Below the pieces are notes generated by a model, which was not told where the DNA came from, searched no databases, and worked only from the letters and a program-made list of their open reading frames with translations. From assembly GCA_963836075.1 (NCBI GenBank), contig CAWIIB010000009.1, positions 2,880,001 to 2,944,000 on the forward strand: a stretch of DNA of 64,000 bases, written 5' to 3'. Below, in pieces: positions 58,358-64,000 of this stretch. A program made the position numbers and the translations under genes. Each line of letters starts with the position of its first letter. Within the stretch, counting starts at the first letter, position 1. This DNA is from an uncultured Acidobacteriota bacterium (GTDB taxonomy: Bacteria; Acidobacteriota; JAQAZP01).

Positions 58358-61300
58358 ATGTCACATATACAACGGCAGATCATCATATCCTTCTGCCTCC
58401 TGACGACCTTGGTCATTCCCCTGAATGCCGCCACCATCCACGTGCCGGCCGACCAGCCCGCCATCCAGGCCGGCATCGACGCGGCGGCCGCTGGAGACAC
58501 GGTGCTGGTGGCGCCGGGCACGTACCAGGAGTATCTCAATTTCAACGGCAAGGCGATCACCCTTTCCAGCAGCGACGGCTATGCCCGCACGGTCATCGAC
58601 GGATATAACGGGATGCCGGTGAGGTTCGAAAACGGCGAGGGCCCCGAATCGGTGCTGGAGGGGTTCACCGTCACCCGGGGCAGTATGGGAGGGATCGTTT
58701 GCGATCAGGCCTCGCCGATAATCCGCAACTGCCTGATCACCGAAAACCGGGCCGGTTTCTATCCAGCCAGCGGAATTTACTGCGAGGAGTCCTCGGCCGT
58801 GATCACCGGAAACATCATCTTCGATAACGAAGACCGGGCCGCGGTGTTGCTGCAGAACTGGGACGGCCTGTTTACCGGCAATACCGTTGCCCGCAACATC
58901 CCGCGGGGCGGCATCCAGCTCACCGGGTCCGGCGGCGAGGTCAGCGGCAACATGATGGTGGCGAATATCAGCAGCGACGGCGGGGGCGGGATACGGTTGG
59001 AGAATTCCTCCACCCTGGTGTCCAACAATCTCGTCGCTGACAACTCCATCACGAATTACGCGTTCGGCGGCGGTATCTATGTCCACTCGTCGCCCCTGGC
59101 CGTCCTGGTCAACAACACGATTTCCGGGAATTCCTCTGTCCAGGAGGGCGGCGGTATCTGCTGCTATCCGGAACCGCCCGCGATCAGAAACTGTATCGTT
59201 TACGGCAACACGCCCAACGAGATCGCCTCCGAACTGGGCGGGCCGGTCACCACCGTCACCTGGTGCGACGTGCAGGGCGGTTACGACGGCCTGGGCAACA
59301 TCGACGAGATCCCGTTGTTTACCACCGGGCCGGGCGGCGAGTTCTATCTCGGCCAGGTGGCCGCCGGCCAGCCGGTGGACAGCCCCTGTGTCGATGCCGG
59401 GGCGATTGGCAGCAATGCCGTGTCCGGCAGCACCCGCACCGACCTGGCGCCGGACAGCGGGCGGGTGGACCTCGGCTGGCACACGCCGCTGGACACCACG
59501 GTTTCCGTGGACGCCCTGCCGGCCTCCCTCGAGTTCCGGGCCGTCCTCGGTGAAGGCCCGCCGGCGGACCAGGCCGTCCAGGTCTGGAACAGCGGGTGGG
59601 GGATGCTGCCGTGGTCGGTGACCAGTGATTCCGGCTGGCTCACCCTCTCTGCGGCATCGGGCACATCCTGGGGCGAGCTGGACACGGTGACCGTCAGTGT
59701 CGATCACAGCGGCCTGGGCGTGGGAGAGCACCAGGCGACGATCACCGTCAGTGCTCCCTCGACCAAGGGACCGCCGCTGGAGATCCCGGTGACCCTCATT
59801 GTCACCGCCGGCGTTCCGGGCTATTCACCGGCCGACTTCCGCTTCGATGCCGACCTGGGGGGGGCGCCACCACCGGTCCAGATACTCTCCATCTGGAACG
59901 CCGGCAGCGGCACAATGGACTGGTCGGTGACCAGTGATGCCGGCTGGCTGATCCTGGCCCCCGCATCGGGCCAGTCCACCGGTGAAATCGACGAAGTGAC
60001 CGTATCTGTGAATACCACCGGTCTGCCGCCGGGATTCAGCGACGCGGTGATCACCCTCCACACACCGGACTCAACGCCGACGTCGGTGGAGATCCCGGTG
60101 CGCCTGGCCCTCTCTGCCGACGGTCTGGTCCGGGTGCCCCAGGACCAGCCCACCATCCAGGCCGGCATCGATGCCGCGCTCTTCGGCAACACGGTAATCG
60201 TGGCCGATGGCACCTGGAGCGGCGACGGCAACCGCGACCTCGACTTCGGCGGCAAATCACTGGTCCTCGAGTCGGAAAACGGCCCAGCCGCCTGCATCAT
60301 CGAGTGTGACGGTTCGTATCTCGAACCGCACCGCGGCTTCTGGTTCCACAACGGCGAGGGGGCCGACTCTGTAGTCAGGGGGTTCCTCATCCGCAACGGC
60401 TATGCTTCCGATAATGGCACCGGAGATGGGGGCGGCATCCTCTGCCAATATTCCTCTCCCACCTTCGAGGACCTGGTGATCTCATTCTGTGTGGCCCCGG
60501 GCTCCGGTGGAGGAATATATGCCACCGGCTTATCCTCACTGATCAGCAACTGTGTCATCAGGGACTGTGTCGCCCAGTTCGGTTTCGGCGGCGGCGTCCG
60601 GGTCCATGACTGCGCCGGGCTGAAAATGCACAACTGCCTGGTCACCGGCTGTGTGGCTCTTGATGGTTATGGTTACGGCGGCGGGCTATACAGCACCGCA
60701 TTCGGAATGGAAGTGGACGGCTGTACATTCACCGGCAACATGGCCGGGGAGTTGGCCGGCGGCGTCTACGCCCACTCCTTCGACGTGATCCGCAACTCGA
60801 TCCTCTGGGACACGGACGGCTGGTATCCCAACCTGTTCTTCGAAACCACCGTCAGCTACAGTGACGTGTATGACATGGACGGGTACGTGGTTCCCGGTGT
60901 GGGTAACATCTTCGCCGATCCGCTCTTTGCCTCGGGGGCCGGGGGAGGGCACTACCTGAGCCAGGTGGCCGCCGGCCAGGCCTGGGACAGTCCCTGTGTC
61001 GATGCCGGCGACCCCGGCGCCTGGCTGATCGACGGCACCACCCGCACCGACGGGGTGAACGATGACGGCCGTCTGGACATGGGATACCACTATCCCGGCA
61101 CGGGGTGGGAGACGGTTGACTGCCAGCTCTCCTGCCAGCCCGGCTCGGGCACCCTGCCCTTCCAGTCGCAGTTCTGGGTCACCCTGTCCAGCCCGCTGGC
61201 CGAGGCCCGCCGGGTGGCGGCCCACGTGGACGTGGTGACCGGCAACGGCGTCTCGTACACCAACTGGCGGGCCGGTTGGATGAACCTCGTTCCTGCCGAG

Positions 61301-61474
61301 GTCTTTGCCACCGGATGGAACCAGATGTTCCCGGCCCTGCCCGCCCTGGTCGGCGACAACCTCTTTACCCTGGTCGCCGCGGACGTGACCCCGCCGCCGT
61401 ACAACCAGCCGCCCAACACCCCGTCGGGGGATTCGGACACGGCCAGTTGCACGGTGACCGGTGTGGCGCCCTGA
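58358..61474 (+). CDS. Large secreted protein: two beta-helix modules, two BACON-like Ig domains and a distinct C-terminal domain
   Basis: Duplicated VP.DQP.IQAGIDAA and YL.QVAAGQ..DSPCVDAG...TRTD; duplicated WN.G.G...WSVTSD.GWL. Confidence 0.85.
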   Translation: MSHIQRQIIISFCLLTTLVIPLNAATIHVPADQPAIQAGIDAAAAGDTVLVAPGTYQEYLNFNGKAITLSSSDGYARTVIDGYNGMPVRFENGEGPESVLEGFTVTRGSMGGIVCDQASPIIRNCLITENRAGFYPASGIYCEESSAVITGNIIFDNEDRAAVLLQNWDGLFTGNTVARNIPRGGIQLTGSGGEVSGNMMVANISSDGGGGIRLENSSTLVSNNLVADNSITNYAFGGGIYVHSSPLAVLVNNTISGNSSVQEGGGICCYPEPPAIRNCIVYGNTPNEIASELGGPVTTVTWCDVQGGYDGLGNIDEIPLFTTGPGGEFYLGQVAAGQPVDSPCVDAGAIGSNAVSGSTRTDLAPDSGRVDLGWHTPLDTTVSVDALPASLEFRAVLGEGPPADQAVQVWNSGWGMLPWSVTSDSGWLTLSAASGTSWGELDTVTVSVDHSGLGVGEHQATITVSAPSTKGPPLEIPVTLIVTAGVPGYSPADFRFDADLGGAPPPVQILSIWNAGSGTMDWSVTSDAGWLILAPASGQSTGEIDEVTVSVNTTGLPPGFSDAVITLHTPDSTPTSVEIPVRLALSADGLVRVPQDQPTIQAGIDAALFGNTVIVADGTWSGDGNRDLDFGGKSLVLESENGPAACIIECDGSYLEPHRGFWFHNGEGADSVVRGFLIRNGYASDNGTGDGGGILCQYSSPTFEDLVISFCVAPGSGGGIYATGLSSLISNCVIRDCVAQFGFGGGVRVHDCAGLKMHNCLVTGCVALDGYGYGGGLYSTAFGMEVDGCTFTGNMAGELAGGVYAHSFDVIRNSILWDTDGWYPNLFFETTVSYSDVYDMDGYVVPGVGNIFADPLFASGAGGGHYLSQVAAGQAWDSPCVDAGDPGAWLIDGTTRTDGVNDDGRLDMGYHYPGTGWETVDCQLSCQPGSGTLPFQSQFWVTLSSPLAEARRVAAHVDVVTGNGVSYTNWRAGWMNLVPAEVFATGWNQMFPALPALVGDNLFTLVAADVTPPPYNQPPNTPSGDSDTASCTVTGVAP

Positions 61475-61576
61475 ATCCCGGGGCCTTCCGATTGACTCCC
61501 CCTGTCCGCCCTGATGTAATACAGGCTGCCCGGCGGGGGGGCGGCCGTCCGGACATGCAATCAGGCCAGTGAGGAG

Positions 61577-62467
61577 ATGACCTTCAGCGCCGACATCAGT
61601 ATCAGTTGCCAGGGCCTCGAGCCGGATGCCGGCCGGGGGAGAAACGTGCTCACCGTGGACGTGGAGGAGTGGTTCCACGTCTGTGGCGTGCCGGGTCTGG
61701 AGGGTCCGGAGCAGTGGGCCTCACTTTCGAGCCGGGTGGCGGCTGACGTGGACCGCCTGCTGGAACTGCTGGACAGATCCGGCGCCCGGGCCACCTTCTT
61801 CTTCCTCGGCTGGGTGGCCGAGACCCATCCCGGCCTGGCGGCCCGGGTGGCTGCGGCGGGTCACGAGATCGCCTGCCACGGCCACCTGCACCAGCCGGTG
61901 AATCTTCTTGACCCGGACCGGTTCCAGGAGGACCTGGCCCGCTCGCTGGCCACCCTGCGCGGCGAGACCGGGATTCCGGTGGGCGGTTACCGCGCGCCCA
62001 TGTGGTCCCTGGGAATCGGCGCCACCCCCTGGGCCTTCGAGATTCTGGCCCGTCACGGCATCGGCTACGATTCCAGCCTCACCCGGGCCCCGGTGATCGG
62101 GGACCGGCGGCACCCGCAGGAGGCCTGCGAGCTCCTGTTGGAGGACGGCACCCGCCTGCGGGAGTTCCCGCCGCTGTCCGGCCGCCTCTGCGGGGTGGAC
62201 GGTGTTTTTCTCGGCGGAGCCTGGCCGCTGCGGCTCTTCGGCCCGCGCCGGGCGTTGCGGGCGGCCCGTCGGCTCACTGCCCGCGGCCTGCCCGCTGTCT
62301 TTTTCCTCCACCCCTGGGAACTGGACCCCGACCCGCCGCGCTTCCCCATGCCCCCGGCCCAGTGCTTCGTGCACTATGCCGGACTGAAACGGGGCCGGGC
62401 CGCCTGGGAAACCCTGCTCAGCGAGCTGGACTTCGTCCCCCTCGGCAAAGTGGCGGGTGCCGGGTAA
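61577..62467 (+). CDS. Polysaccharide deacetylase (CE4, DUF3473-type)
   Basis: TVDVEEWF, ATFFFLGWVAE, HEIACHG..H, GYRAP.WS, YDSS and HPWELDP. Confidence 0.9.
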   Translation: MTFSADISISCQGLEPDAGRGRNVLTVDVEEWFHVCGVPGLEGPEQWASLSSRVAADVDRLLELLDRSGARATFFFLGWVAETHPGLAARVAAAGHEIACHGHLHQPVNLLDPDRFQEDLARSLATLRGETGIPVGGYRAPMWSLGIGATPWAFEILARHGIGYDSSLTRAPVIGDRRHPQEACELLLEDGTRLREFPPLSGRLCGVDGVFLGGAWPLRLFGPRRALRAARRLTARGLPAVFFLHPWELDPDPPRFPMPPAQCFVHYAGLKRGRAAWETLLSELDFVPLGKVAGAG

Positions 62468-62490
62468 GGCCTTGTGATATCAGGGATTTC

Positions 62491-62519
62491 TTGACACTCT
62501 TCCGGGCTGAACCTACAAT
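62491..62519 (+). promoter_or_regulatory. Sigma70-type promoter of the fabD-ACP-fabZ cluster
   Basis: TTGACA-N17-TACAAT. Confidence 0.7.
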
Positions 62520-62599
62520 ACGCCCGGAAGTGAAACAGAACATCCGGGGTGCCGTTGTCGGTTTCTCCCGGTGACGGTGGGCAGGTCCCGGGAGAGGTG

Positions 62600-63526
62600 A
62601 TGAGGGCTTTTTTTTTCCCCGGCCAGATGTCCGAGCATCCGGACATGTGGTCGAACCTGGAGGCCCGGGTACCCAGGGCGGAGACGTGGCTGGCCAAAGC
62701 CGAGACAGCCTCCGGCCTGTCACTGTCCCACGCGGTGCGCGGCGGGAGTACCGAGGGTTTTGACGACCTCACCGCCCAGGTGGCGGTGCTGGCGGTCAAC
62801 GCGGCCTATGCCGCCCACCTGCGGCGCTGCGGGGTGGAACCGGACGCCGTGGCCGGGCACAGCCTCGGCTGCTATTCGGCCCTCGAGGCCGCCGCGGTCC
62901 TGCGTTTCGAGGACGCGGTGGGCCTGGCGGTGAGGGTGCAGCGCCTGGCCGAGGAGGAGCTGTCCGGGTTTGACGGGGCCATGGGGGTGCTGATCGGTCA
63001 CGCGCCCGAAACGGTGACCGGCGTGTGTGACACCGCCGGCGGCGGCCGGGCCCAGGTGGCCAATGTCAACACGTCGAGACAGGTGGTGATCTCCGGCCAC
63101 GGTCCGGCGGTGGACGCGGTGCTCGCCGCCCTGTGCGAAGGGGCGATGCGGGCGGAACGGCTGCACACCAGGATCCCGTTCCACAGCCGCTGGATGCAGC
63201 CGGTGGTGGACCGGCTGCTGGCTGAGGTGGACCCGGCCCTGTTCAGCCGGCCGCGGCTGGCGGTCTACTCGCATCTCGACGGCAGCCTGGTGGACGGTGC
63301 GGCTGAGGCCCGGCGCTTGATCTGCACCCAGATCGCCCGTACGCTGTTCTGGCCCGTGGCCCTGGAAGCCATGAGGGCCGGCGGGTGCCGCCGGTTCGTC
63401 GAGGTGGGGCCGGGTGACGTGCTGAGCCGGATGACCCGTTGGGTCCTGCGCGACACCGCGGTGTTGACAACGGAAAAGGATTTCGAGGAACTGCTTGGGG
63501 GTCACACGCCCCCCGATAACGATTGA
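62600..63526 (+). CDS. fabD: ACP S-malonyltransferase (FabD-like acyltransferase)
   Basis: FPGQ, GHSLG, AN.N...QVVISG, PFHS and EVGPG.VL. Confidence 0.85.
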   Translation: MRAFFFPGQMSEHPDMWSNLEARVPRAETWLAKAETASGLSLSHAVRGGSTEGFDDLTAQVAVLAVNAAYAAHLRRCGVEPDAVAGHSLGCYSALEAAAVLRFEDAVGLAVRVQRLAEEELSGFDGAMGVLIGHAPETVTGVCDTAGGGRAQVANVNTSRQVVISGHGPAVDAVLAALCEGAMRAERLHTRIPFHSRWMQPVVDRLLAEVDPALFSRPRLAVYSHLDGSLVDGAAEARRLICTQIARTLFWPVALEAMRAGGCRRFVEVGPGDVLSRMTRWVLRDTAVLTTEKDFEELLGGHTPPDND

Positions 63527-63570
63527 TCATTGGCGGCCGGCGACTCGGCCCGAGAGGAGTGGATCCGACG

Positions 63571-63843
63571 ATGAGCGAGGATGACAAGTCGCTTGCCCTG
63601 AGATTGAAGACGCTGATCATCACCCGGCTGAAGCTGGAGATCGAACCTGACGAGATCGAAAACCACCAGCCCCTGTTCGGCGAAGGGCTGGGCCTCGATT
63701 CCATCGATGCCCTGGAACTGGTGCTGGGTCTGGAGCAGGAGTTCGGGGTCAAGATCGAGGACGAGGAGGTGGGGGTCAAGGCCTTTGCCTCCATCGATGC
63801 CCTGGTCACCTTTGTCAGGGAGAAGGGCGTCCAGTCCGCATGA
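63571..63843 (+). CDS. Acyl carrier protein
   Basis: LFGEGLGLDSIDALELV phosphopantetheine attachment motif. Confidence 0.92.
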   Translation: MSEDDKSLALRLKTLIITRLKLEIEPDEIENHQPLFGEGLGLDSIDALELVLGLEQEFGVKIEDEEVGVKAFASIDALVTFVREKGVQSA

Positions 63844-64000
63844 GCGCCACCGCCGCCAGCGGCAGCGGCAGCATGGACCGGGACCGTGACGGCGGCCTGG
63901 AGGAGATCCTGGCCGTCCTGCCGCACCGCAGTCCGTTCCTGATGGTCGACCGGGTGCTGGAACGACGTCAGGGTCACTCCTGCCTTGCGCTGAAAAGGGT
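63840..64000 (+). CDS. fabZ: FabZ/FabA-like 3-hydroxyacyl-ACP dehydratase (3'-truncated by window edge)
   Basis: ATG overlaps the ACP stop; translates ...LEEILAVLPHRSPFLMVDRV. Confidence 0.75.
   Translation, partial: MSATAASGSGSMDRDRDGGLEEILAVLPHRSPFLMVDRVLERRQGHSCLALKR

Overview
GC-rich bacterial chromosomal window with about 45 genes and no tRNA, rRNA, CRISPR array, transposase or phage genes recognised. The gene style suggests an uncultured environmental lineage, possibly Acidobacteriota-like (inference only). From left to right: (1) the end of a DegT-family sugar aminotransferase and two secreted beta-helix proteins; (2) a surface-polysaccharide modification/export region (about 5-22 kb) with a GNAT pair, a fused activase/2-hydroxyacyl-CoA dehydratase, Thr-type sulfatase/AlkP-fold enzymes, a PIG-L deacetylase, GT4, Wza, an outer-membrane beta-barrel and a sulfotransferase; (3) pta; (4) a Slt-CYTH-NTP transferase-AmgK-like peptidoglycan-recycling operon, followed by a candidate sigma54-driven ~95-nt sRNA; (5) queH, an FN3/FG-GAP surface protein, a small Cys-rich protein and a WecA/MraY-family transferase; (6) a reduced GAK-type module (PhoU-phosphotransferase, ATP-grasp, HprK-related kinase) between two FHA proteins, with SH3, NHL and HEAT proteins and a convergent propeller-PP2C sensor phosphatase; (7) hybrid kinases, dinB, DUF72, gatCA, an amidase, GT2, a beta-helix/BACON protein, a polysaccharide deacetylase and the start of a FabD-ACP-FabZ cluster. 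Nine genes carry 1-2 nt frameshifts. Five fall exactly on GTAC and a sixth probably does, which points to long-read basecalling errors at a methylated motif rather than true pseudogenes. All family calls come from motif recognition by eye; no database searches were run.
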